In this document: positions 33,296-44,683 of the stretch, piece after piece
Layout: every line of letters starts with the position of its first letter
How positions within the stretch are numbered: the first letter of the stretch is position 1
Assembly: GCA_963709405.1 (NCBI GenBank)
Contig: CAVPXM010000061.1
Span: 46,423 to 110,422 of the forward strand
Reading direction: 5' to 3'
DNA: 64,000 nt
Origin: an uncultured Nitrososphaerales archaeon
GTDB lineage: Archaea > Thermoproteota > Nitrososphaeria > Nitrososphaerales > Nitrososphaeraceae
Made by a program: the position numbers and the translations under genes
The notes under the pieces: generated by a model
Database searches by the model: none
The model's input: only the letters and a program-made list of their open reading frames with translations
What the model was told of the DNA's origin: nothing

Positions 33296-34534
33296 ATGGT
33301 GAACGCGAGTTTGGTTGGTAAAGGGAAAATACCTACCATAGAGGATATATTTAAAGCTAGAGACCTATTTGATGACAGTATAAGAAAAACACCATTACAG
33401 AGATCGGATACGTTTTCTAAGCTTATTGGGACCAATGTTTTTTTAAAACTCGAATCCTTACAAATGACAGGTTCATTTAAAGTTAGAGGTGCATATGTTA
33501 AGTTAAACACGTTATCAGATGAAAACCGTAAAAATGGTGTTATAGCTGCTTCTGCTGGCAATCATGCACAGGGAGTAGCATATGCCGCGTTACGGAAAGG
33601 CGTATCATGTACTATCGTAATGCCCAAGAACGCATCACCTGCTAAAATAGCAGCAACAAGATCATATGGCGCAGAAGTGATCTTACGTGGATTGAACTAT
33701 GATGAATCATGGGCTGCAGCTCAAGATATTGCAGCTAGAGGCCGCACTATTATACATGCTTTTGATGACGAAAAGGTAATCTCTGGACAGGGAACAATAG
33801 GCTTGGAGATATTAGAAGATTTGAAAGACATTGACCAAATCTATCTCCCAATAGGAGGTGGTGGTTTGGCAGCGGGTGTTGCAATTGCAATAAAATCGAG
33901 AAGACCTGACATAAAGATCATAGGTGTAGAATCCAAAGCATTTCCTGCCATGAAACAATCACTTACGAAAGGTTCTTTGCAGAAGATCGAAGCTGGGTTC
34001 ACTATTGCAGATGGTATCTCCGTGAAATGTCCTGGCGAGCTTACATATGAGATAGCTTCTAAATACTTAGATGATATAGTATTAGTTGATGACTCTGCAA
34101 TAGTTAGAACGATGTTTTTGCTTATGGAGAGGACGAAATTGGTAGTAGAGCCTGCTGGCGCAGCGAGCCTAGCATATTTACTTTCAAATGGGCATCATCA
34201 TAAGAACATGAATATTGTTTCAATACTTTCTGGTGGAAATGTAGATATGTACTTACTCGGGCAGGTGGTAACGAAAGGTCTTATGCAGATGGGCAGGATG
34301 CTAAAGATCTTTATTCAATTGCCAGATAAACCAGGGGCTTTAAAAACCGTGGTCGATGGTATTGCTGAACTGAGCCTCAATATTGTCGAAGTAGATCATG
34401 ATAGATTGAGCTCCAATGTTGCGGCTGGAAGTGCAGGTGTTTATTTGAGTCTCGAGATGGAAAATGAAAGTCATGCAAAGAGATTAATCGATTTTCTGAA
34501 ACAAAAAGGGATCGAATTTCGGGTAGTTAGTTAA
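33296..34534 (+). CDS. ilvA: Threonine ammonia-lyase with C-terminal ACT domain
   Basis: QMTGSFKVRGA (PLP Lys), SAGNHAQG, GQGTIGLE, PIGGGGL, VEPAGA, SGGNVD, LPDKPGAL. Confidence 0.93.
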   Translation: MVNASLVGKGKIPTIEDIFKARDLFDDSIRKTPLQRSDTFSKLIGTNVFLKLESLQMTGSFKVRGAYVKLNTLSDENRKNGVIAASAGNHAQGVAYAALRKGVSCTIVMPKNASPAKIAATRSYGAEVILRGLNYDESWAAAQDIAARGRTIIHAFDDEKVISGQGTIGLEILEDLKDIDQIYLPIGGGGLAAGVAIAIKSRRPDIKIIGVESKAFPAMKQSLTKGSLQKIEAGFTIADGISVKCPGELTYEIASKYLDDIVLVDDSAIVRTMFLLMERTKLVVEPAGAASLAYLLSNGHHHKNMNIVSILSGGNVDMYLLGQVVTKGLMQMGRMLKIFIQLPDKPGALKTVVDGIAELSLNIVEVDHDRLSSNVAAGSAGVYLSLEMENESHAKRLIDFLKQKGIEFRVVS

Positions 34535-34969
34535 TGCAAGGAAGATGGTTTAGCATTCAAAGATATGGATGCTGAATTGTAAGGACTGTTACGATAGACG
34601 TGAATTTTCATTGAAATGATCGTCCTTTGTGATAATTAGCTCAATCCATAATTGTGCTGATTTATATAATCACAGCTGACCCAACATTGGTGTTAGAGTC
34701 TTCAATCGAGACTAAGATCTCAATTTTAGCAAAAGAAGACGGAAAAAAGATCGATAAAGATCAACCATTGATCTTAGAAATTAGACAATTTCTCTTTGAG
34801 ATAATATATGATCTCAAAAGTTAAATCATAATCATTTTTTGAACGAAATGAGCAAAAATTATTAGAATCTACTCACTAAGGATTTTTAAAAATGCACACC
34901 CCTCCCTCCCTATTAGTTACACTATGTGTTATCTATACATTAGCATGAAAAAAGATCGATATCTAACCA

Positions 34970-35221
34970 ATGCATGAATATTTTACAGAATATCCTCCAC
35001 TCTCATATAGAGTTTGTACTGACTGTGCGAAGCGAACTCCTCATACCTGCTTGAAGTGTAATTATTGCTTTTCATGTCATTACAAGGTGGAACGATTAGA
35101 AAAAAATGACAAAGTAAGATCGCTAACTGTTGCCGGTAAACAAGAGAAACCACGTCCGCCTCGTGACATTTCAATGTATCAAGTGAAATTTGTTACGTAC
35201 AAACTTAAAAGAAAGCAATGA
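34970..35221 (+). CDS. Small Cys-rich zinc-binding protein
   Basis: CTDC..H.CLKC..CFSCH. Confidence 0.6.
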   Translation: MHEYFTEYPPLSYRVCTDCAKRTPHTCLKCNYCFSCHYKVERLEKNDKVRSLTVAGKQEKPRPPRDISMYQVKFVTYKLKRKQ

Positions 35222-35520
35222 GTAGGAAGACGATTCAAGTCAGGATATACATAGCTAACTAGCTGTGAAACAATGGAAAATTTTGAATAATATTTGGAAT
35301 CATTTAAATTAAAATCTAAAGCGTAAGTAAATATTTATGCGATAACTTTCAGAATTGATACCTCAGGTTCAAATTGAAAGTGGAGTATAATCGCTACTTA
35401 CTAATTCCTATAATTTTGTGTTGGCATCTCGGTTGAGACATAGACCATCACTAAATAACTGACTAAATAACTGATATCAAAAAAATTGAGGATATGGTCT
35501 TATCGATGCTCATCTATCTT

Positions 35521-36075
35521 TTACTCGACTTTTACCTGAGTACCGTGCGGTTTAGATGCTACTGTAGCCGGCTGCTTTGTTTTTACTTTTAGTTCTAATA
35601 TTCCGTTTGTATAGGAAGCTTTTGCAGAAGTATCTTCCAATTCTACATCTATGGGAATATCGTTGTGATACCTTTTTTCTCCCTTCTCAGCGTGTATTGA
35701 TACATTCTTTGGAGTAATACTAATCTTTATGGCTTCCTTACTGACTCCGGGCATCTCTGCTGTTATTATTATTTGATTGTTCTTCTTATCTACCGAGTAA
35801 TCCACCAACGCTTCCTTGGTTTCATTATGTTTCACTAGTCCTCTGACCGATGGTTTTACATTGCCGAATTCTTTAATATGTGGCTTGCCATCCGGTCCCA
35901 CTGTAATTTGATATCCATAATAGTATGAAGATGGATTATCTTGTATTGAGAGGCCTTCAAGCATATTTCTAAACATTCTATTCATTGTCTCTTCTGTTCT
36001 GGCAAATTCTTTATCCATGTCCTCAAAAATTGAACCGAATCCGCCAAACCTCCACGGAGAAACGTTGTCTGTCAT
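35521..36075 (-). CDS. hsp20: Archaeal small heat shock protein
   Basis: YYYGYQITVGPDGKPHIKEFGNV, AEMPGV, ASYTNGILEL. Confidence 0.93.
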   Translation of the reverse strand: MTDNVSPWRFGGFGSIFEDMDKEFARTEETMNRMFRNMLEGLSIQDNPSSYYYGYQITVGPDGKPHIKEFGNVKPSVRGLVKHNETKEALVDYSVDKKNNQIIITAEMPGVSKEAIKISITPKNVSIHAEKGEKRYHNDIPIDVELEDTSAKASYTNGILELKVKTKQPATVASKPHGTQVKVE

Positions 36076-36107
36076 TACATATTGTAATATCTATTACATA
36101 TATAAAT
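36074..36107. promoter_or_regulatory. hsp20 promoter with perfect palindrome TGTAATA-TC-TATTACA
   Basis: Palindrome at 36083-36098, between TATA (TTTATATA, reverse of 36099-36107) and the ATG; overlaps a second palindrome ATTACA-TAT-TGTAAT at 36074-36088. Confidence 0.55.
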
Positions 36108-36156
36108 CTGTATAACTAATAGATAGACTTAATACTTTGATATTCTAAATACAATA

Positions 36157-36999
36157 TTGATCAGAGCCATGTCGTTCCTAAACCGATCAATGACGATTAC
36201 TCAGGCAATAAGACACGTACTATCAACTAACGAAATTTATCTTCGTGCTCTCCAAATGGCAATAGCAAATTATACAGCATTAGCAGAAAGAATCAAGCCA
36301 GAAGTTGAAAGACTTGTGGGTTCAACGGTTAACGTGGGTACAGTAATAGTGGTGATTAAAAGACTAGCCGATTCACTAGAAAATGAAAGATTAGAAAACC
36401 AGCGGAGAAATATGCATGATATTAATGGCAAAGAGGCTAGAGTTACAAAAAATAATTATCATCAAACGGTCACCGATCTCAATGATACTTCATTCGATGG
36501 AGCAAGAATGTCCCTAACTGATAGTATTGTTGATATCGGTTTGTTCGATATTGATGACGAGGGAAAGTTTTTTAGTGACAAGATTTTTGATATGCTCGAG
36601 GAAATTCTTGACAAGGAAACAAGGTATAGTTTATTTCAAACAAATAAACACTTGAGATTATTTGCTGAAGACATTACTGAAGTAAGGAACTTAATTTCTG
36701 TCGTTTCTAGCAAATTTGATCATAAAATAAATGAAGGTCTCTCTCGTATAACCATTACTTTACCAGCTACAGGTCATAGCAATAATAATTCTCATTTCAC
36801 GGACGCGAATAGGATAGAAGACAATGAGCGTCTGAAACAGAATCCATATAACATAATGTCGAAGATATTAAATATACTCTACAACAACAATATTCCATTG
36901 CATGATGCTTTTCTTACCCCAAACGAAATTGTATTGATAATGAGAAATAAAGACGCTGCAAGAGCCTACGAAATAATTAGGTCGAATATATCTGGCTAA
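36157..36999 (+). CDS. Archaeal ACT-like regulatory protein (aspartokinase regulatory-like)
   Basis: ALQMAIANYTALAERIKPEV..IVVIKRL N-domain; C-terminal LYNNNIPLHDAFLTPNEIVLIM..DAARAYE. Confidence 0.7.
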   Translation: MIRAMSFLNRSMTITQAIRHVLSTNEIYLRALQMAIANYTALAERIKPEVERLVGSTVNVGTVIVVIKRLADSLENERLENQRRNMHDINGKEARVTKNNYHQTVTDLNDTSFDGARMSLTDSIVDIGLFDIDDEGKFFSDKIFDMLEEILDKETRYSLFQTNKHLRLFAEDITEVRNLISVVSSKFDHKINEGLSRITITLPATGHSNNNSHFTDANRIEDNERLKQNPYNIMSKILNILYNNNIPLHDAFLTPNEIVLIMRNKDAARAYEIIRSNISG

Positions 37000-37180
37000 C
37001 TCTTGTTTTGATAGGTTATTATAAGAACACTCTACATTCTATGAATTAGAAACTATGGTTAATTCAGCTCGTTGCTTTTGCGGTATTATAGCGTACATTT
37101 ACTAGGTAAAAGTAAATTAGTTAAATCAAATAAGAAGATGCCAGACACAAAGATTTGAGTAGGGAGGGTTTATCAGCAGA

Positions 37181-38260
37181 GTGATTTATCAAGTTCTCAC
37201 TGGCAATTGTTACGATGTGTTAAAAAAACTATCTCAAAATCCAAAAGAATTAGGTAAATACAGGCTTATCGTAACTTCTCCACCATATTACGGACACAGA
37301 CATTATGGAAAAGATCCACACGAAATAGGGCAAGAACAAACTGATGACGTTTTTATTGAAAAGCTAGTCGATATCTTTGTAATATGTAGAGACCTTTTGA
37401 CGGCAGATGGCAGTCTGTGGATAGTGATGGGCGACACTAGGAAAAAATATAGAAAATTGTTGATACCTCATCGGCTGGCTCTCGAATTGACTCAGAGAAA
37501 ATATACTATACGCGAGGATATAGTTTGGTTCAAGAAAAATAATCTCTCAACTAGCTCAACAGAAAACTTTTCACAAGCGTACGAACTAGTGCTGTTTTTA
37601 TCGAAGAACGAAAAAAGCTTCTCCAATATGAATAATATCAGAATACAAGGAAATGAAGCTAGAGAGGGAAGAAACAAGACACCGCCTAAGCATATGATGC
37701 AATATGAGCCATCCAATCAAGATAAAGACAAAATTGAGAAGATCAAAGAAATTATTCATAATGCACAAGCAGATACGCCGTTTAATGAACTCCCTACAAC
37801 TGTCGAGATAGCTCGTGCTTATGGATACAATCCGGAGAAATATTGCCCTACGTGTTATCGTAAGTTTAAGCGCCATGCAACGCGTAAACGAATAGGAGAC
37901 CATAAGCATTATCCAATATTTGCCGTGTGTAATCCATCAGGTAAAAATCCCGGAAATGTTTGGGAAATTTCTACTAAAGCTCATCATGGCAATGAGCATT
38001 TTGCAATATTTCCTGAAGATCTAATTGCAAAGATAATCAAATTTGCTACTAAAAGAGGAGATTGGGTTCTAGATCCTTTCGCAGGGAGAGGAACAACTGG
38101 AATGGTCTCTGTTCTTCTTGGAAGGAATTTCCTGGGAATAGACCTGTATCCAGAGAATGTCTTCAAATCTAAAAAGAATATTTTAGATGCCATGAATGGC
38201 AGAAGTGCTCTTAAATTAGAAAGATTGGTAGATATTTTAGCAGAGAATATTCATCATTAG
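37181..38260 (+). CDS. Orphan site-specific DNA methyltransferase (beta class, probably N4-cytosine)
   Basis: TSPPY (motif IV) near the N-terminus, HFAIFP, VLDPFAGRGTT (motif I) near the C-terminus; no adjacent restriction endonuclease. Confidence 0.9.
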   Translation: MIYQVLTGNCYDVLKKLSQNPKELGKYRLIVTSPPYYGHRHYGKDPHEIGQEQTDDVFIEKLVDIFVICRDLLTADGSLWIVMGDTRKKYRKLLIPHRLALELTQRKYTIREDIVWFKKNNLSTSSTENFSQAYELVLFLSKNEKSFSNMNNIRIQGNEAREGRNKTPPKHMMQYEPSNQDKDKIEKIKEIIHNAQADTPFNELPTTVEIARAYGYNPEKYCPTCYRKFKRHATRKRIGDHKHYPIFAVCNPSGKNPGNVWEISTKAHHGNEHFAIFPEDLIAKIIKFATKRGDWVLDPFAGRGTTGMVSVLLGRNFLGIDLYPENVFKSKKNILDAMNGRSALKLERLVDILAENIHH

Positions 38261-38599
38261 AACTATGTCTCAATTCAAACTAAAGATGTCATGCAAATAT
38301 TGCTTTGACTGACAAGATTTCTTGGGCAAAATTGATGTGCATAAGTGTAAATGTCAACATTGATGTCATAAATAAAAAAACTATATATAACAATTTCAAA
38401 TTGAATAAATAATATAAAAAACCTTAAACAGTTCCAAATTAATTGGATGATAATAATAACAAATAAATAAATGATTGTATTGTAATTGGTAAACGCTAAC
38501 TTACGGTTCTATTTGGACGGAACGATGAGAGTGAGATTCATAACAAAATACAGTCAGATTCATCTTGAACTATTTTATTCAATATGATCCTACTACTTT

Positions 38600-38785
38600 G
38601 TGTATAGAATGGGAATGGCAGGCTCGCTTGGATCAATAATAGTAGGCATAATTGCACTGGTAGTAATAATAGCAATCATTGTCTTTCTCATAAAGATAGT
38701 TGCACCAATAATAGTGGGTATTATAATCATAGCGATAATCATTGGTGTAGGCTTTTGGTTTTATGGCAAGATGAAATCTGGCTAG
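38600..38785 (+). CDS. Small two-helix membrane protein
   Basis: Two hydrophobic Ile/Val-rich helices. Confidence 0.6.
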   Translation: MYRMGMAGSLGSIIVGIIALVVIIAIIVFLIKIVAPIIVGIIIIAIIIGVGFWFYGKMKSG

Positions 38786-39331
38786 TTTCGAACTTCTAAT
38801 GTGGGAAAGGAACTAACTACCAAAATAGTTTGCTGTGAATGTCTACTTATCCAATTAGTCGTTCCAAATCATAAGGCGGAAACGAAATATGCTCCAATTG
38901 TATATTACATTAGTTTTAAGTTTTGCCTTCGAAGTCAGCTGTCATTCCCCTTTGTGTCAAGACGTGCCAGATAGCTTTGGATATCACCATAAATAACAAT
39001 GTGAAGATTATACATTTATCAGCCCAAACACGATGAGCCTGAAAGTCAACAGATCTAGTCTATCTTTGGATTAGCCTTTATGTAGGTGGTAGATTCAAAT
39101 ATATTGATTTATGCTGGCAACCAGGGAAAAGGGTTTTCTGTTTTCATAGCAAAACCATAGAAAAGAGTGGCACCAGTCTGCTATAGCTATTTTTCTAAAG
39201 TTCTGGAAATATTATGATCAACAGATTCATCAAACTGTTTCAAACCATGCCGGCGACTACTACGATAGCTTTGTGTATATGGGTCGTCAGAACTAAATCC
39301 TTCATCTACACCTTTATATGCATCAGGAATA

Positions 39332-39577
39332 CTATGAGTAACCGCCATGGTAGGTGAAAGGTTGATTAGAGAGGTCCTTTTGTTTTGTAATCTCAATAGA
39401 ACTACGTTTTAGTATTATCAGTAAGTCGCCACTGAATTGTTTTGGATCATTAGAATATCGGATGTAGTAAATCCGTCCGCCTACTATTGTACCGATTTCC
39501 AGATCCTCAAAATGATACGCTTGAGGAGCACAGTAAGAATCCTGTACCGAAGTATACAATAATTTGTATGCAAGCAA
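39332..39577 (-). pseudogene. PsbP-like domain remnant
   Basis: LAYKLLYT..EIGTIVGGRIYYIRYSNDPKQFS..L.I..SIEI resembles the C-terminus of the PsbP/Mog1 fold. Confidence 0.45.
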
Positions 39578-39839
39578 TCAGGAAAGTGTACTGTTCGTAT
39601 TAACGTCTAGGCTTTTGAAGTGTACAATATTATTACGAAGAGCGATAAGCGCATGCAACATGACAGCCTGCGATAGAACCTGTTAAATTCTGGCTAGTCC
39701 GAGAATACGGAAGGATAGAATTCAAATCCTTCATTATTTGTAATAGAGCCAATGGGTGTTTACCGTCCTATAATACAATTAAATTTCCTCAGACGATTAT
39801 TGCAAATACATTATTATAGTTGTCGAGGTATAAAAATGC

Positions 39840-40406
39840 ATGACACATCCATTCGATAAGAGTATAATGATTACGTTAGCTGGACTTAACCTCGCCTTAT
39901 CATACGAAAATGCAGCTGTATATAGACTGGAGAAAAGATTATCTGAAACCATTGATCCGGAAATCAAGGAAAAGCTCAATCGTCACTTCGCCCAGACAAG
40001 AGAGCAACAGGAACGATTGAAGGAGAGAATAAAAGCGATGGGAGAAGAACCAATTGCTGAGAGTGGTAAATTGCCTGTACCAGAGCCTCCACAATCTCTG
40101 AAAAGTATGATAGAAAGCGGCAGTTCTCCTAATGAAAGAGAGGTTTGGGAATCACTGAATGATCTGATAATAGAAAGAGCAGAAGCAATTATGTACAAAG
40201 GTGGTATTCAAGCACTTGAATTATTGAAGGCAGACAAGAAAACCATAAAGACCTTAGAAAAGAATCTGAAAGAGGAGGAAGCATTCGCAAACTGGTTAGA
40301 AAAGAACAATCCAAGAATAGCAAAACGATTAATGACAAAGCAGTTAGAAGAGAAAAAGAAAAAGAAAAAGGCTGAGGAAGCTGCTGCTACCGCTACAATA
40401 AGCTAA
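39840..40406 (+). CDS. Ferritin-like DUF892 (YciF-like) protein
   Basis: ALSYENAA, HFAQTREQQERL, ERAEAIMY, NLKEEEAFA four-helix iron-ligand pattern. Confidence 0.75.
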   Translation: MTHPFDKSIMITLAGLNLALSYENAAVYRLEKRLSETIDPEIKEKLNRHFAQTREQQERLKERIKAMGEEPIAESGKLPVPEPPQSLKSMIESGSSPNEREVWESLNDLIIERAEAIMYKGGIQALELLKADKKTIKTLEKNLKEEEAFANWLEKNNPRIAKRLMTKQLEEKKKKKKAEEAAATATIS

Positions 40407-40712
40407 GGCATGATCTTCCGCTAAGGGATCAACAGATACAACAGCCTCACCATCTGTTAACGAACTATGCTAAATGATATCAAATGAATTGGCATAAAAA
40501 TCCACTTAGCCGATGGTGCTTGGCAATAGCAAATATGAGGAAATGGTACAAGAACTATGCGTTGTACATGACCCCAAGTCTGATCAGAGCACAAAGGAAG
40601 ATTTAGGTCTAGATTAAAATATCTATTTGTAAAATGATATGTGATTAGGAATACCACACAACTATTGAGAATAAAAATATTTTCTAACAGGGGATAAGTA
40701 GATGTTAGTTGC

Positions 40713-41621
40713 TTAGTGAGGGTGGGTTTGAAAGGTATTGAAACCATTTTGCTTTAGGAGGTAAGATGCTACTGAAGTATAGTCTCTCATAGACAGTCCG
40801 AATGAATCTGAAGCCTTATAAACGGCTTGAGCAGATGCAGTAACCGGGAGTGTCAGACCTGAAGTGTAAGCTGTCTGCATAGCTAGGTCTAGATCCTTTA
40901 CCATGTTCATTAGATAAAATGATGGTGTATAATCATCATTGATAATTCTTGGCCCCTTCTTCTCACTAATTCCAGTCTTAAAGTATGTGGAATTAAGAAT
41001 TTTTACAAATGTACCTGTATCTATTCCATTTCCTCTCGCAAATACCAATCCTTCTGCTAAAGCCAGTGCTATTAGTGCAATATTGATATTAACTGCTAGT
41101 TTAAGTATACTTGCGGTCCTGTGATCAGAACCTACGTAAAATATTTGTCTGCTTAGATCCTTGAGAATAGGCTCGACCAGCTCGTATGTCGTCTTAGGGC
41201 CAGCTCCGATCAAAGTTATCTCTCCCCTTTCCACAGCAGTTTTCCCTCCTAACATCGGAACCGTCAGCATTCTGATCTGCTTTTTGGAATGGAGATCGGC
41301 TACTAAACTTGATTCCTCAGGAGAAATCGTACTGCACTGTACGACGATAAGATCCGTATTCGTTGTTTCAATCAATCCTCCAGTCGCAAACGATACGTTT
41401 GCGATAGCTTGATAGTCCTTCACGCAAATTATGACCATATCCGAACTATTTCCTACCTCCTTGGGCAGATTAGCCAACTTCAGATTGGTTGTATTCGTTG
41501 CATGCAGCTTCTCTACTTTTGACTTATCTCTGTTGAAAACAGTAACTTTATGGCCTTTCAGAGCTAGTCTATTTGCTATTTGTGATCCCATCATTCCGAG
41601 ACCGATTACGCCCACATTCAT
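40713..41621 (-). CDS. NAD(P)-dependent beta-hydroxyacid dehydrogenase (3-hydroxyisobutyrate dehydrogenase family)
   Basis: VIGLGMMG, FNRD, CSTISP, PMLGG, LKLAVN, KDLDLA. Confidence 0.9.
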   Translation of the reverse strand: MNVGVIGLGMMGSQIANRLALKGHKVTVFNRDKSKVEKLHATNTTNLKLANLPKEVGNSSDMVIICVKDYQAIANVSFATGGLIETTNTDLIVVQCSTISPEESSLVADLHSKKQIRMLTVPMLGGKTAVERGEITLIGAGPKTTYELVEPILKDLSRQIFYVGSDHRTASILKLAVNINIALIALALAEGLVFARGNGIDTGTFVKILNSTYFKTGISEKKGPRIINDDYTPSFYLMNMVKDLDLAMQTAYTSGLTLPVTASAQAVYKASDSFGLSMRDYTSVASYLLKQNGFNTFQTHPH

Positions 41622-43333
41622 TTATAACGATACAGGGCATGATTTACAATAAATATCTACTAGTTACTTTGTAGGGTGAGCAGTATCAACAGTAATGATG
41701 AATAACAAAGTGTATGCAGTTGTTGCCTTTCATGATGAAGATAGATGTACCTATAAACTATGTCGGGCAATGAGCAAGAAATGAGATTTATGGTAAAAAA
41801 TTGAATGTTTGATTTGTTGTTATCCTAAATTGTACGCATCAGTGAAAGGTCATTTGTTTGTAACACTCTAGAGTTTGTTTAGGTGTATTGTATATCACTA
41901 TTCAAGCACTGGGGTGAAGAAATGTGATAGCAACAGCCTAAAGAATGTAAATAGCCTAAAAAGCTAACAATACGGTCATAGATAGAATAAGCTTGATATC
42001 AGATAGGACCGGTTAAGATCTTTTGGATTTAAGCCTTAATCGGCGTATTCATGAACTCTTGACTTACTTTGGCTTTTAAAATCAAGTGACAATACTATCA
42101 GGAGTGATTCTGAGCTCAGATTATTGAGTAGGTATGATCTTGGATCGCGAAATTAGGTAAACGTATATCTCATTCCACAACACATGTAATGAAATATTTC
42201 TCTTGGGATTCGTTAGAAAGAAGAAAGTGAATCAAAATAACGCCTGAGTTACAGAAACAAAGGAGAACAAGATCACAAATCACCTGCGAATATTCTGTAT
42301 CTATGCTGCATGTCACCTGTAACAAGACAATATTATCTACACCATCTCAGAATAGATTTTCACGTCCTCGAGCTATGAAAGAGTATTCTGATTTATGCTC
42401 AATCAGAATCGCCCATATCTGCAATCCATTCCGTTACCTGTTCCTTTATCTTATAATGCTTCAGCTACAAATATCTGATCTACAATTTATGAAACAATTC
42501 ATGCGAGTAGAGTATGTTACTGATTTAACTATCGGCTGGGGCTGCGAGAACTCCTCTATCATACCCTTCACTCTATTTTTCGAATAGTAAGAATCTGCTC
42601 TGTACAAACTTTCGTTCCAAAGATAACGATTAGGACCGTCGACATAAACGGAAACAAATTTTCTGTTTCGTGGGGTCAAAAGTCGAATCCAGATCATTCT
42701 TATGATGCATGAAATAGTTGAAACGGTTGCCCTCGCATGTTTGTACTCATACAGTAGATGTAATTTAAGATCTCGACTATGCGCAGGTAATTCTTGTTTC
42801 TTGGTAGCAATATTTAAAAAATACTTTTAATACATTCATATATTTGGGATCCACTGCTAAGTTCATTCACCGATTCGACGATTAAATGCAATTATTCTAA
42901 TGCTATGCAATCTTGTGTTTTCATTTCATTAAGCGCCACGATATCATATTCATGAGCAATGATTAACGGAATCAAATATTGTATGACCATCAATGATTTT
43001 AATCCCTTTTAGTAAACCCAGTTTAGTTCCATAAGTAAGCTTTAGGGACAAATAAGAACTAGGAGATAGTACGTCTTATGGTGAGAGAACTCACCTCTAC
43101 TACAAACTCTAGAATAGTCTTATGCCACCAATGTCCCTGTCTATCACAACCTTTGTATTTCCATTTTTATTCTTCTGTCTTGACTTCTACTTCGATATTT
43201 CACCTATACATGTCTCTCAAGTTCAGGCTTAATTGTATCGATATGAATCGTAATACGAAATACATATAGGCTTCAAGTCTTAAGTAGAGTTAGATGAATA
43301 ATAATGATAATGACGAAATTCCAGAAGATATAA

Positions 43334-43507
43334 ATGCCCATAAACAAATTTGGGGCAAAAATGCAGACTCAAGTCATTTACGGAGGAGGGACAGCATCAG
43401 GTGAAGGACATAACACCGATGAGGATGAAGGGCGATGTCCTATATGTAATTCCCGGATCGATGAATTCGGATATTGTGGCTGTGGCGGGAAGTTAGGAGT
43501 TAATTAG
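43334..43507 (+). CDS. 57-aa zinc-ribbon microprotein (below the ORF-track cutoff)
   Basis: MPINKFGAKMQTQVIYGGGTASGEGHNTDEDEGRCPICNSRIDEFGYCGCGGKLGVN*. Confidence 0.65.
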   Translation: MPINKFGAKMQTQVIYGGGTASGEGHNTDEDEGRCPICNSRIDEFGYCGCGGKLGVN

Positions 43508-43511
43508 TTAG

Positions 43512-44683
43512 CTGAGGCTTGGACATAATTGAATTCTATATTTTTCATATATTATTTGGTAACATATTAACTACATAACATGTGTTTGATTGATTTTGGT
43601 CGTTGACTACGTCTGGTTTTATAATTGTAGTAGACAAGGATCTGATATAGTGGTACTGACAGAAGTGCTATTCCAGCAGCCTTATGGTAGCCTCTTACTG
43701 GTAATGGGTCTATTCTAAAAACAGATTTAATATGTTCTATTAGTGGTTCTATCGATTTACTTCTCCAAGAGTAAATAGCCTGTCCTAACTCAGATTCATA
43801 GAATTGTATCAGCTCAAGTCTGTCAGTAGGGGTATGTTCATATCTTTGTACTGGACATACCAGTTCAAATCCTCTTTTAGTACTCAAGCCATATAGTTTA
43901 TGGTCGTCATACCCAGAATCGCCTATCATGAAACATGTTTCTGGAGACAGAGATGATGATGATATCATCGGATTGTACATTTGATTATCTTGTACATTAG
44001 CAGTTGTAAAATCTGCTGCTAATGGGACTATGACTGAACCAGTACTTGATATCATATGTAGTTTGTAACCAAATATCCATCCTTTAGTATGGCTGAATCC
44101 CCATCTTGCGTCAGTATCTATGCCAGAACATGGTACTATACCTTTGTTCATAGATGATTTGTGCCAAACATGTCCTTTGGCTTTCAGTAAAGTACTATCT
44201 ATTGCAACAATGTATGGATCTATCATCTTTTCGCATACAAACATGCAGGTCATGATAGTAATCCTTTTTTTGATGTCTGTGGATATGGTCTTAAGTCGTC
44301 TGTCAAATGTTCGCCTGTCTGGTATTTGGGTAAGACCACATCTTTTCATTATCTTCTTATTGTAAGGATAATCCAATTCTAGGAATTCATGTAATGCATT
44401 GTTAGAATCCAGTCTAAACCATAGCCTAACTATGAAACATCTCAGAATTACAGTGGGAGAATAAACATATGGTCTGCCCCTTCTTCCCTTTTGCGATTCT
44501 GACCACGGTATCGAACCTATCAAGTACAGAATACTAAAAAGAATAGATTCACATTTACTACCATATGCTATCCTTTGGGAATGTTTGATTATGTTTCATC
44601 ACAAATTCAGACACTCAAAGGATAGCTTTATCCTAATTCATTATAGACATAAAATATGGATCTGGAATATGCCCAAGCCTCAG
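43512..44683 (-). mobile_element. IS with DDE_Tnp_1 transposase (IS4/IS5/IS982-like; ORF 43567-44523)
   Basis: TIRs CTGAGGCTTGGACATA / CTGAGGCTTGGGCATA; flanks TTAGTTAG / TTAGTTAA. Motifs AIDST, GYKLH, GDSGYD, R..IEP. Confidence 0.9.

Noticed and set aside
39690-39735. tRNA-like TTCAAATCC motif
   Set aside because: No cloverleaf or acceptor stem; only a short GAAGGAT/ATCCTTC hairpin.
41650-43300. Long low-coding stretch as a possible ncRNA or array locus
   Set aside because: I saw no repeats, strong stems or recognisable domains; it is probably decayed coding sequence.
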